Shown: positions 50,560 to 63,104 of the stretch, piece after piece
Layout: the number at the start of each line of letters is the position of its first letter
Numbering within the stretch: the first letter of the stretch is position 1
NCBI RefSeq assembly: GCF_006345805.1
Contig: NC_043016.1
Location: forward strand, 15,500,001-15,564,000
Length of the DNA stretch: 64,000 nucleotides
Source: Octopus sinensis
Lineage: Eukaryota
Direction of reading: 5' to 3'
The notes under the pieces: model-generated
Databases searched by the model: none
What the model was told of the DNA's origin: nothing
Seen by the model: only the letters and a program-made list of their open reading frames with translations
Position numbers and translations under genes: made by a program

Positions 50560-51389
50560 ATATATATACAGTATATATATATACAAACAGTGTATATATA
50601 TATACACACAGTATATATGTATATATATATATATATATATTATAATATGACTGAGTGCAACACATCCATTTCCAAGTAAGTTCATATATATATATACATA
50701 CATATATACTGTGTGTATATATATGCACTGTTTGTATATATATATACTGTATATATATTTATTTTTATATATATATATATTTCATTTCATTTCATATATA
50801 CAAATACATATATATATGTACCTTTTATCATAAGAGATACATATATATACGTATACATATATATATGCATATTTTTATATGTATATGTATATGCATATAT
50901 ATATGTGTGTGTGTGTACAACAATCTTGACTCCAAAGTACTGTTGCTGAATATCTCACATTGTGAGATTTAAAAATAGTAATTTTCTAATTTATAGATCA
51001 GTGACTAGTTGTCACTTTGAAAACTATATATTTTGAACAGGAGTTTGGCAGCACCACCTCTGGCTGAACAATTATTCTGTGATGATGAAAGGAAATAACC
51101 CAGAAATCACTATACACAGATATTGTTTTGAGCTGAGTGGGGACGCTAGACCCCCTTGTTGGAAAATATAAGGACACAGATCGTGTCGTATAGCCAGCTG
51201 GAGACGATGTCTCCTGGGGCTAAAGTACAGCAACATTCCTCCTAGGCCGGGACTGCCATGTTATGTTGGCAAACAATATTTACTGGTGTGTGTGTGTGTA
51301 TGTATGTATATATATATATATATATGTGTGTGTTGATATATATGTATATGCATATATATATACTATATATATGTATATATACATATATA

Positions 51390-52745
51390 TGCTAGCAGCT
51401 AAGCCTGGTTTCACCCTATTGGTTTGGCTAATGTGGTTGTAAAACCTGCTCTGTGTGTAAGCGTTTGATTTGTTTGGGCACGCTTACATTAAAAAACAAT
51501 TTTAGAATGACTTCTTTCTGTCAAAACACTAAAAATAACTGACCGACAAAAAAAAATCAAGATTCAACCAAATCAAAAAATAAATCCAAATACTAAGCGA
51601 ACAAAGGTTCAAAACAACAGAAACAAACATAAAAAATAAAACCAAAATTTTAAAAAAATTTTAAAAATAGGTCCAAAATCTTTTTAAATTTTCAATGGTG
51701 AAGTTAGATTTTTCATGGGCTGGCTGGTCTATCCCAGATACATGGGGAACTGAATTAAATCTTTCATTAACACAGGGGATCCAAAATATATTTTTCAATG
51801 TCCAAGGGGAGCCTAGTCATGAAAAAGGTTGAGAAACGCTGATCTATAAGGATAGTTTTTATTTAGGCACATCATAAAAGTAAGTATAATTGCTAAATAT
51901 AAAAAAAAGTATGTTTTTTTCAAGCAAATACAGTTAGAAAAAATATTTGCTATTTCAAGTCGTCACTAAAAACAAAGCTCATCAGTTTTTGAATGGAATA
52001 ATAATTTTATTCTTTTATTGTAAGTTGTAAATTTTGCCTGAGAAATAAAGCAAATATTCACCAAACATAAAAATCTGCAACTCAATAGCAAATATCTCCA
52101 AATTGATTAGAAATGCATAAGTTTAATAATACTGATGCTAAATAAAATTTGGTCGAGAAATACCAAAGAAATTACTTTATATCAACAAAAAACAGACACA
52201 TACCTTTATAGAGAACAGATTGTACTCAAGTGAAACATACCAAATACACAGAGTTGAAACGCTGTTTGATTATTCTTTTCAGCATTGAATTTTGACCATC
52301 ACACTTCCATTGCACACGCACACACACACACATTCACATACCCCAACCATCCCACTTCCATTGCACTCATGCACACACACTCACACATTCACATACGCAC
52401 CCCTTTTATATACACACATATTCACACAGTTGAAACGCTGTTTGATTTATTTTTTCAGCGTACAATTTTCATCATCCCACTACCAAATATGACATCACCC
52501 CTTCTTTTTTTATTTATGTATCACACCTTCCTTTCTCATTCATAAACACATGAGTGTAATTATAATCTCGGTAACCATGGGAGCTATGAAGAAATATGAC
52601 ATCACCGCTTCCTTCCTTATTCATCTATCACCCCTTTCTTTCTCATTCATAAACACAAGATTATGATTATAGAAGATTATCTTGGTAATCATGGAAGCTA
52701 TGAAACATACAAAGCCCTGCATCACCACCGGATCATTCTACATAT
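51390..52745 (+). mobile_element. Putative non-autonomous Helitron/Helentron-like element with internal duplications
   Basis: Starts CTAGCAGCTAAGCCTGGTTTCACCC inside a TA tract; duplicated internal blocks (52250/52430; 52485/52595); one hAT-like TIR end (AAAGGTTGAGAAACGCTG) at ~51825-51841. Confidence 0.4.
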
Positions 52746-53207
52746 ATGTATGAATTTTCACGCAATTCCACGCAGGCATTTGACCGTGAATCCGAAGACA
52801 AGAAAGAATTGGCCATGTCAAATTTAAATGTATAGATATATATATGTATATTCTATATATGTTGTGTATATATTTATATACATATATACTGTATATATAT
52901 ATATATATATGTATATGTGTGTGTGTGTGTGTGTGTGTATATTGATATATATCTATACACTGTATATACATGTATATATATATATATACGTATGAAGGTA
53001 TGTGTATATACACATGTATATATATATGTGTGTGTATGTATATATATCTATGTATATGTAGGAGTGGCTGTGTGGTAGGTAGCTTGCTTACCAATCACAT
53101 GGTTCCGGGTTCATTCCGTCTGCGTACACCTTGAGCAAGTGTCTTCTACTATAGCCTCAGGCTGATCAAAGCTTTGTGAGTGGATTTGGTAGGTGGAAAC
53201 TGAAATG

Positions 53208-53238
<31 letters not shown>

Positions 53239-53477
53239 AATGATGATAATATTAGGGAGTATAACTCCAAACATACAGGGAAAAATTCAATTTAGTATTA
53301 AATCAAATTTCACAGTATAAAAATGTAAAATATAAATTAGAGATAAAACCACTATTATGCAATTCAAATAATGATAGACATAAACTAAAACATAAATAAC
53401 AAATAAAATATATTTTTATAAAACATATGACTAGATCACAAAAAGTATAAAAATGAATAATCAATATATAAGTAAAA

Positions 53478-53571
53478 AACTACATACGTTTCATGGCTAT
53501 AATTAAATTCGAATTACAATTAAATTTAATTGAAATGAATTCAATTTAAAATTATAGTCAATCTTCAGGTT
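53478..53571 (-). ncRNA. Hammerhead ribozyme motif with long stem II
   Basis: AAC-CTGAAGA-T-TGACTATAATT...AATTATAGCCA-T-GAAA-CGTATG-TA-GTT; base of stem II imperfect. Confidence 0.55.
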
Positions 53572-54119
53572 AACAATAATAGTTAAATAAATAAGCAAAT
53601 AGAGTTAAACAATATTTATTTTTAAAATAAATAAAATGTTTTTTCTTATAGAAGAAGCACCATTAACTAAATTTGAAACTTGTATCTATATATATATATA
53701 TATAGATAGATGTGTGTGTATGTATATATATGTATGTGTATATACATATATATATGGAAAAAAAGTCAAGATAGAAAATGCTAAAATACTTTTATAAAAA
53801 ACATTTCAATACCAGTTTCAGTCAGAGACTTTTTCAACTGTAACAATTAAATAATTAAATTTTGAAAAATTAAAAGAAAAGTTTTTTTAAAAGAATATTT
53901 GTATAGTGTTCAAATACATGTGGCATTTTCCTTGTTTCTGTCTCTGTCTCTCTTGTTTACTCTTGTGGGTTTTGAATTCTTGGTAGGGAAGAAGAAGAAG
54001 AAGAATTTGGGAGTGCCATGATAGTAGTATTTTGCATGGTCAGTGGATGGTAGCAGTTGCTGTTCAATTCATGAAAATATTTCGTTTGAATGTTTTGTTT
54101 ATAGAATTTGCGTTGGTGT

Positions 54120-54149
<30 letters not shown>

Positions 54150-54152
<3 letters not shown>

Positions 54153-54340
54153 CACCATGATAGATCGTTAGCCACTACACACATTTTTTTCTCTCCTTGT
54201 TTTTTTTCTGTGTCTTTCTGTAGAAAAGCGTAGGCTCGAAACGTAAAAGACTTTTTCTATTCCCGAGCATTATACTAATACATCTGTTTGTTTTGTACAT
54301 CACCTGCCTTCGTCGTTTGTTTTTTTTTCATAAACTTTCC

Positions 54341-54343
<3 letters not shown>
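54150..54343 (+). mobile_element. ~200-bp pLTR/retrozyme-like insert between (TA)n tracts; hammerhead core mutated
   Basis: GTCTTT-CTGTAGA-AAAGC(GTAG)GCTC-GAAA-CGT-A-AAAGAC; homolog of 19125-19330. Confidence 0.7.
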
Positions 54344-54392
<49 letters not shown>

Positions 54393-54406
54393 CACATATA
54401 TATACA

Positions 54407-54438
<32 letters not shown>

Positions 54439-54586
54439 CTGGATGTATGTTATATATATATATATATATATCTATATATACTGGATGTATGTATATATAT
54501 ATATATAATATATATATATATATACTGGATGTATGTATATATATATATATATATATATAATTATACTGTATTTATATGTATATATA

Positions 54587-54905
54587 GTGAAGGCACATGG
54601 CTCAGTAGTTAGAGCATCAAGCTTACGATCGTGAGGTTGTGAGTTCGATTCCCAGACCAGGCTGTGTGTTGTTTTCTTGAGCAAGATACTTTATTTCACA
54701 TTGCTCCAGTTAACTCAACTGTGGAAATGAGTTGCGGCATCACTGGTGTGAAGCCATATCAGCTTTAGCCTTTCCCTTGGAGTGGGGAGGCCAGTATGCA
54801 TGGGTGACTGCTGGCCTTCCATAAACAACCTTGCCCAGACTTGTGCCTCGGAGGGTAACTTTGTAGGTGCAATCTCATGGTCATTCATGACCGATAGGGG
54901 TCTCC
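54587..54905 (+). mobile_element. SINE family B copy
   Basis: TGGCTCAGTAG...GAGTTCGATTCCC; homolog of 41432-41771. Confidence 0.88.
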
Positions 54906-54940
54906 TTTATGTCTGTATATATATATATATACTGTGTGTC

Positions 54941-54976
<36 letters not shown>

Positions 54977-56478
54977 TATACATATATATAAAACTTTGAT
55001 AGGTTTTGGCCAGTATAGGCCCAGGTCATGTCTAACTCAATAGCGCCACTGATGAAGTCTTTTAGTTATATATAGGGCACCATAGCCCACTCTAACAAAG
55101 AGTTATTACTGTTGGAGACATATCCGGGTGTAGGAGGATGGTCTGGGATTTTTTGCCAAAATTGAGCCTATAAGTTCATTTACCAGAACATGTCCCAGTT
55201 CTTGAAATGTCTAAGCTCTGAAATGCATAAAATTCTCATCTTTCCTGTGAACAGGATGCCATTTTGTCACAGGGTTAACCCCCAGTTGCTTCTGGCATGC
55301 ATGAAATGCCCGTGCAGGGGCACAACATGCTATCTAATTTCGACATTAAAACCACAACCTTCTAGTTGTGAGTCCAACACCCTAACCATTGAGCATAAAT
55401 AGATTACGTTAAGTTTTTCTTTGAATATTGCTTTCCAAAAAGTCAGTGTTTTCCTTCTCTCTTGAAAACTGAATAACTTATTAATTTTGGTTTCAAATTT
55501 TGGTGCAAGGCCTGAAATTTTGAAGGAGGGAGTAAGTTGATTACATTGTCCCCAGTGCATAATTGGTACTTATTTCATCCACACCAAAAGGATAAAATGC
55601 AAAGCCAACCTCAGAAGAATTTGAACTCAGAATGTGAAGAAGGATGAAATACCATTAAGCATTTTGTCCAGCATGTTAACAATTCTGCCAGCCCACCAAC
55701 TTATTAATATTCTTTTCTATGAAAGACCTGAAATTTTATGAGAAAGGTCTAGTTGATTACATCGACCCCAATGCTTGACTGGTACTTATTTTATCAACTC
55801 CAAGAGAATGAAAGACAAAGTCGACATCAGCTGTATTTGAACCCAGATTGTGTAAACATGAAAAGCCCCTAAGCATTTTGCCTGGTGTACTAATGGTTCT
55901 GCCAGCTCGCTGCCTTATTAATATTGCCATTCCTAAAAGAGGTTTTTGATATTGATTATGTTATGGAAAGAACCTACTTCTTTGATCTGTTCATCTTTTG
56001 AGATTCAGATATAGTTATCATTAATGCTATTTCAAAGTAATTAGATAACCTTAGATTTGATTTATGATCTCTAATGACAGAAATCTGCAGTGATCAGCAT
56101 ATTTATGTTCAGGTTTGTGAGAATATGTTAAGAATTGATATATTCATATTTCATTCAGCTTGACTTTTTTCTTCAGTGTTTTCAGTCTATAGACTGACCA
56201 AGTTGATATATTCCTAACTATGTAAATGGAAGGGCAAAATCCAAACCTTGATTTGATTTGATAATTTTTTGTAATTATTTATAAATCTAAATTCAAAATT
56301 GTATTTTTCAGTGAATCTCAACTGAATCCTTTTGAAATATCTAACTTGTATCACTATCATACAATAACTTTCTGCTCCTCTCCACTTCATACATAAATAT
56401 ACACACACTCATACACACATTTTCAGCTAAAAGTAATCTCTTATGCAGTTTAATAAAATGCAATTTAAAATAATATAG

Positions 56479-56865
56479 GTGCAGGAGTGGCTGTGTGGTA
56501 AGTAGCTTGATTACCAACCACATGGTTCCAGGTCACTGCATGCCCACTGCATGGCACCTTGGGCATTGTCTTCTACTATAGCCTCGGGCCGACCAAAGCC
56601 TTGTGAGTGGATTGATAGACGGAAACTGAAAGAAGCCTGTTGTATATATATGTATGTATGTGTGTGTGTCTGTGTTTGTCACCCCAACATCGCTTGACAA
56701 CCGATGCTAGTGTGTTTACGTCCCGTAACTTAGTGGTTCGGCAAAAGAGATCAATAGAATAAGTACTAGGCTTACAAAGAATAAGTCCTGGAGTCGATTT
56801 CTTCGACTAAAGGCAGTGCTCCAGCATGGCTGCAGTCAAATGACTGAAACAAGCAAAAGAGTAAA
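56479..56865 (+). mobile_element. SINE family A copy
   Basis: Homology to 3056 and 35404 copies. Confidence 0.9.
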
Positions 56866-56984
56866 ATTTTATTTTCAATAATTTAACAAGAAACTGAATT
56901 AAATTTACAAATGCAAGATTTAAAAAAATATTTGATCAAATAAGATTCAATAAAATAATAAAAAACTTATATCTTTTCTTATAG

Positions 56985-57108
56985 AAACCTCCCATTGGCG
57001 ATCCTCATCTCAATGTCTCTCGTCATTACTGTCTATCTCATTGCAAATGTTGCTTATCTCGGAGTTTTGTCGCCTTTTGAAATGCTCAAGTCTACTGCTG
57101 TAGCTGTT
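56985..57108 (+). CDS. SLC7 transporter coding exon 5 (124 bp, TM7)
   Basis: Acceptor TTTTCTTATAG; (R)[41 protein letters not shown]; donor GTAAGT (phase 0). Confidence 0.95.
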
Positions 57109-57254
57109 GTAAGTACTTTGAATTGTTTAACTTGTTACAAATTCATTCTTTTTGTGTGGTAACTTATTCTAAATTTTGTTGACTTTGCATTTCTGTGTAG
57201 TTTACCTAATCAACTTTTCTTATGAATTCTAAATTTATAAATATGTGAAAAAAA

Positions 57255-57800
57255 AATCAAAATAGATGAACATCAATGGAATATGTATCTTTGTGGTACC
57301 AGTGCCGGTGGCACACAAGAAAACTCCGAACGTGGCCTAGCCAGTACCGCATCGACTGGCCTCCGTGCTGTGGGCACGTACAAACACCATCCGATCGTGG
57401 CCGTTCGCCAGCCTCATCTGGCACCTGTGTCGGTGGCACATAAAAACACCATCCGATCGTGGCCGTTCGCCAGCCTCATCTGGCACCTGTGTCGGTGGCA
57501 CATAAAAACACCATCCGAGCGTGGCCGTTCGCCAGCCTCGTCTGGCACCTGTGTCGGTGGCACATAAAACCCATCCGAGCGTGGCCGGTGGCCGTTCGCA
57601 GCCTCATCTGGCACCTGTGTCGGTGGCACATAAAATCACCCTACACCTCTCGGAGTGGTTGGCGTTAGGAAGGGCATCCAGCTGTAGAAACACTGCCAGA
57701 TCTGACTGGCCTGGTGCAGCCTTCGGCTCCCCAGACCCCAGTTGAACCGTCCACCCATGCTAGCATGGAAAACGGACACTAATGATGATGATGATGATGA
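57255..57800 (+). mobile_element. RTE-type 3' UTR with ~62-bp tandem repeat array and (GAT)n tail
   Basis: Four near-identical TGGCACCTGTGTCGGTGGCACATAAAA units at ~57419, 57481, 57544 and 57609. Confidence 0.9.
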
Positions 57801-58702
57801 ATACTTTTCATTTGTTTAACATCTTTTGTTTGGACAGGGAGTCATTTAAAGCAGGATATGGTTAGGCACTCAGTCTGTCACCAGCCCTAAACTGTTTTCA
57901 AATAAGGGACTTTAATTCTGGAAGGTTTTGAAAGCATTGTAGCATGTGTAAACTATACAATATAAACTAGGGGCTCACAAGAAATTTAATAAAATCACAG
58001 ATAGACTAACAGAAAAAATAAACTTTGTAAATGACAGATGCACTGGAGCAATATTTACTATGAGCACATCGGAATTAGATCCTTCTAGAAGCCCAGATGA
58101 CTCACTATTACTGATTCCCTGAAAAAAAGCACCCAGTATACTTTGTAAAGTGGTTGTTGTTAGAGAGAGCATCCAGCTGTAGAAATTGTGTCAAACACAA
58201 CACTGGAGTATGGTGCAATGCTCTGACTTGTCAAATCTTGTCAAGCCATTTGACCAACATAGAAGTCAGTTTTTAAATGGGCATGGCTGTGTGGTTAGGG
58301 AGCTTGCTTCCAAGCTACATGGTTTCGGGTTCAGTCCCACTGCGTGGCACTTTGGGTAGGTGTCTTCCACTATAGCCCCGAGCTGACCGGAGCTTTGTGA
58401 TTGAATTTGGTAGGTGGAAGTTACTGCCGTGTGTGTATATGTGCGTGTAGGTGCTTGTGCCTCTCCGAAAGAGAGAGAGGGTGGTAATGATAGAGGTCGC
58501 AACAGTGATTGTGTATATATATATAAAGTTAATCCAAACAAGAAAACACAAAAAAACACAACAATGTAAGGACGTGGAACACATAAAGTATTATTGGACG
58601 CTCAGGGAAGAAGGAGGGCTTAACGTTTCGAGCGGAGCTCTTCGTCGGAAACATAGGAGAAGGGAAGACAGGAAAAAAATCGCCAACGGTACTCACAAGG
58701 TG

Positions 58703-58743
<41 letters not shown>

Positions 58744-58829
58744 AATTGGTTCAGTCACTACAGCTGTTTCAAACTAGATTTTTTTTATTGATGAATGGAG
58801 TTATTGCTTCAGTCGAAAAGGTAATCTCT

Positions 58830-61450
58830 TATGCAGGTTCCTTCTACAGTTAAGAAGTGGCACTTCCTCACACAGCTGTCCTCATCCACACCTAACACAT
58901 GGCCATACCAGTGCAGTCACCTCTCTTACACAACACATTTGATGCTTCTTATGCTCAACTTTTCTCTCAGGGCACTTACACTCTGCCATGTATGCACACT
59001 GACATTACACATCCAGCGGATGATACCAGCTTCATTTCTCTCAAGCCTACCCATGTCCTCAGCAGTCATGGCCCATGTTTCATTGCCGTGTAATATGGCA
59101 GTTTGCACACATGCATCATACAGTCTACCTTTCACCCTGAATGAGAGTCCCTTAGTTGCCAGCAAAAGTAGGATCTCCCTGATCTTTGCTCAGGCTAGTT
59201 GCTGCATTCTCAGAGCAACCACCCCTACTACAGACTTGGCCACCTAGGTAGCAAAAGCTATTAACTACTTCTAGTTTCTTCCCTTAGCATGTGATGGAAT
59301 CTGTTTTCTGTACATCTTCAGTGTTTTTTGCTCCAGTGCATCTGCTACACACAAAAACTATTTTCGTGGTCATCAGCATAGAAGAGCTCCCAGGGGCATC
59401 CTGTTTTGAATTCCTCTGTTATTGCCTGGAGGACAATGATGAATAAAGGGGACTGAGGGCTGAGCCTTGGTGTACACCTACTTCTACCCAGAATTCTTCA
59501 CTATATTCGTTGCCAATCCTAACCTTGCTGACAGCCTCTCTGTATAGAGCATGTACAGCCTTATTAGCCATTCGTCAATCTCCAGTTTCCACATAGACCA
59601 CCAGATAAGGGATCGGGGACCCTGTCAAAGGCTTTCTCCAAGTCCACAAAAGCTATAGAGGGGTTTATCTTTAGCTAGGTACTTCTCCTGCAGTTGTCGG
59701 ACCAGGAATATAGCATCAGTGGTGCTTCTACCTGGCACAAAACCGAACTGCATCTCATCTAAGCAAATTCTCTCCCTAATGAGATGGGTTATGACCCTCT
59801 CTGTGACCTTCATCACCTGATCCAACAGTTTAATACCCCTGTAGTTATTTCTATCTAGAGCATCACCCTTACTCTTGTAGCAGTTGACTATGGTGCTGCT
59901 ACGCCAGTCATTGGGTATGACTCCATTATGAACTACCTGGTTTACAATGCGGGTAACTAGGCCATAGCCCACATAGCCAGCTGTTTTAAGCATCTCAGCA
60001 GTGATTCCTGATGGGCCGGGGTCTTTACCTGGTTTCATATCCTTAATTGCCTTAACTACAAGGGAGCTGTCTATTCGGGTAGCTGGTCCCTCTACTGGGT
60101 CAACATTTGGCAGGCTCTCCTCCTCCCATTCATTCTCCTCATTCAGCAGTCTTTCATAATGGCTTCTCCAAGCCTCTTTCAGTAAAAGCAAGTGCTCCAT
60201 CATCCATGCGGACACATTTCTCTCCTGTAACATCACTATTTTCTCTGACACACTGTCTGGCAATCCGAAATACCTCAGCTCTTTGGTCCTCACGTCGCTG
60301 GACATTGGCAAACTTCTTTTCTGCTACATCTTTGGTTATGTATACCTGCCGCCCAGCCTCCCTTTTGGCTACCTGGTACGGTTCCCTGCTACCCCCATCC
60401 CTCCAGGCTTTCCAGGCCCGTCTCTTTGCACTAATGGCTTTGTCTACTGCACTATTCCACCACCACGTAACTCTAGGTCTGGAAGGGACTTTGCACCATC
60501 CACAGACTTGGTCTGTGGCACTCAGCAAGCTGTCCCGTAGGAATTCCCAGCTACCTTCTATGTCCGACGTCTGAAGCTCCTCCTCCCTCTCATCAAATTT
60601 CTTGATGAGGATGTCCCTAAATCTCTGACCATGTGAAGGGTTCTTTAACTTCCAAATCCTTCTTTTCTGGATTGGTCTGTTTCTTGGAGTCCTTCTGGCC
60701 TCAAGCCTAAAGTCACTAATGATTAGCCTATGCTGAGGGATACATTCTTCACCCGGGAGGGTCTTTGTATTTAAGAGCGACCCTGCATCCCACTGTCTGG
60801 TGAGGATGAAGTCTATTTGGCTAGCGGAGTCTCCTGACTGATAAGTTATAAGATGGCAGTCAGGCTTCCTGAAGTTAGTGTTGGAGATTAAAAGGTTACA
60901 TGCATCACAGAATTCCAATAATCTAGTTCCCTCATCATTTCTGGTGCCAATACGATGGCCACCGTGTACCCCAGTGAAGATACCCGATTCCCGCCCAACA
61001 TTAAGGTCTCCACCCACAAAGATGAGGTCCTTGCCACTAGTCTTTGAGGTAGCCTGTAGAAGGGTATCATAAAAGTGGTCCTTCTGATCATTTGGTAGTC
61101 CCGCTTGTGGGGCATAGGCGGAGATAATCGTAACTGTGCCACTCTGTAGGACCAACCTGAGCTTAAGCACTCTATCACAAACCCTGACAACCTCTATGAC
61201 CTTATCCACCCATTTCTCCGCAAGGAGAATGCCTACACCATCCATGTTACCTTGCCTGAAGACTTTGTACCTATGTGCCTTGCCTGTGAGGACCCTAACT
61301 GAAGCACCTCTCCATCTTACCTCTTGTATGCAGCATACATCAACCCGTCTTCTCTCAAGCATCTCTACAATCTCACTAGACCTACCTTTCAATGTACCAA
61401 CATTGACAGTGCCAACTCTGAAAACTGGCAAGGAGATGTGGGGAGGAGGG
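58830..61450 (-). mobile_element. RTE-clade LINE (AP endonuclease + RT), frameshifted and internally deleted
   Basis: ORF 60154-61431: TVNVGTL..VCCIQEVRW..ISAYAP..GGDLN..SQIDFIL..QHR (APE). ORF 59625-60311: MKPGKDPGPSGITAEML..NYRGIKLL..QFGFVPGRSTTDAIF (RT). ORF 58926-59165 is C-terminal. Confidence 0.95.
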
Positions 61451-61489
61451 GAGCAATTCAGCGCCTGAAAAGAAGAGGGTTGTTGTTGT

Positions 61490-62060
61490 GGTGGGAGTTA
61501 AACACAGGGGTTATTAAAATTCTTTTATTTCCTACATATGTTTCGAAGACAACATTGATATTATTCCAAAGGCATAAAATGGTGTAAAACAATGTAATTT
61601 TCTCATCAGGGAAAGGGAGAAAGGAACCAAACTCAATAAGGCATTTTAACAGAATGTGATGGATGTGTATAATGATGAACAGAACGCTATTAAGTTTTTT
61701 TAAAAAACCATTTGAGGATATAACCTCAAATGTAGTCTATAGAAAGAGAAGGGGTAAAGGAAAGAAATAAGCGGAAAACTAATAAAGGAGAAATATAGAG
61801 TGATATGTGAATTAAAATAAAAGCTTAAAAACTTGGAAATAGATATATTCTAGTGGAAGTGAAATGTAAGAAGAAAATCAATGTTCAAATTATATAGAAT
61901 GGTGTTAAAATGTCTTATTGATGAGTTTGGTTTCTTTCTCTCTTTCTCTGATGAGAAGATTTCATGAATGGAAATTAAGATTAATTTGTAGCCGAAATAG
62001 TACTGAATCTTTTGATACCCCATGCATCAAAATCTGTAACTCAGTTTTGGAATGGATAAG
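61490..62060 (-). mobile_element. Penelope-like 3' end/pLTR
   Basis: 61745-61900 is homologous to 22975-23135 (the 3' end of the PLE) and is followed by a hammerhead. Confidence 0.7.
61528..61614 (-). ncRNA. Type I hammerhead ribozyme with intact core
   Basis: TTTCC-CTGATGA-GAAAATTACATTG...CAATGTTGTCTTC-GAAA-CATATG-TA-GGAAA: 5-bp stem I, extended stem II, palindromic stem III, GUA cleavage triplet. Confidence 0.78.
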
Positions 62061-62943
62061 GAATATATATATATATATAGGACTGACTTTTTTCAAACTG
62101 AACGTATTATCTCACATTACAATAGAGACATGATTCTGAAATAGTGTAAGAGATAAGAGATTAGGCAAGAAGTTGGAAATTTTTTTGACTCATGACACTG
62201 CATGGACCTTGGCTTTTGCATTTAATGATTGTTACTTTAAGTATTTTATTTCAATTTTATGTATATATGTATGTATGAGCCAATGAGAGAGACCTCTACA
62301 TGGTAGCTACACGTGGTAGAAACAGCAGTCAAATCTCCCTCAAAACACCCTACTGTTTTAATCCGACAATTCTGTCTATTATGTAGTTTGAATGAGAAAC
62401 AGTAACTAAAGATTAAGATTATTAACCCCAAAATTTTACGCGTTTTAGTAGCAATCAATCTCTTTCTCTTTTTTTTTTTGCGTCGCTTTCCATGTCAGTT
62501 GTAAAGGTGAAGCAGGTTAACTTGGACGGTGTTAAGTAGTGGAGATGCTTGGTGATTGTATGTGGTGGCTGCTTTTGAATGTTTATTCTCAATAAGGATA
62601 ATTGATTGATAACGAATCTTAGCGCAATATATATACAACTTCAAGTGGAATTGGACATCATAAGAGTGACAGGATAGCAACGGTTCTGACTGACTGTCGT
62701 CCTGTTCTCCCCTTGTTAGCGAAATGGTATGTGCCAGCTGTCTGAGCAACTGGTTGAGTTTAATGGTGGAACAAACAGGATAACAAGATTTTTTTAAAAT
62801 AGCAATTCTCACCTTGAAACTAACTTTTTTGAAAAATGTTTTAGATTACAGAATGTCCTACTCTGTCATGTATCCATGTTTAAAATTTCAGTGCGATTGG
62901 CTGAACAATACTCGAGTTATAAGCGCACAGACAGACAGAACGG

Positions 62944-62987
<44 letters not shown>

Positions 62988-63104
62988 CATTTAGATACAT
63001 ACACTTGTGTAAACACATTTAAGATAGGGTATTTTACATTGTATCGTATATTTGTTTAATATATATACATAAGTATACATATAGAACACAGTAATTAAGA
63101 ATGG

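Noticed and set aside
54587-54665. tRNA-like sequences with A/B boxes (also 41695-41771 and the family A heads)
   Set aside because: These are SINE heads: they run into conserved SINE bodies and show no complete cloverleaf or acceptor stem.
57385-57640. Regular ~62-bp repeats resembling a CRISPR array
   Set aside because: Whole units repeat with no unique spacers, there are no cas genes, and the context is a eukaryotic LINE 3' UTR.
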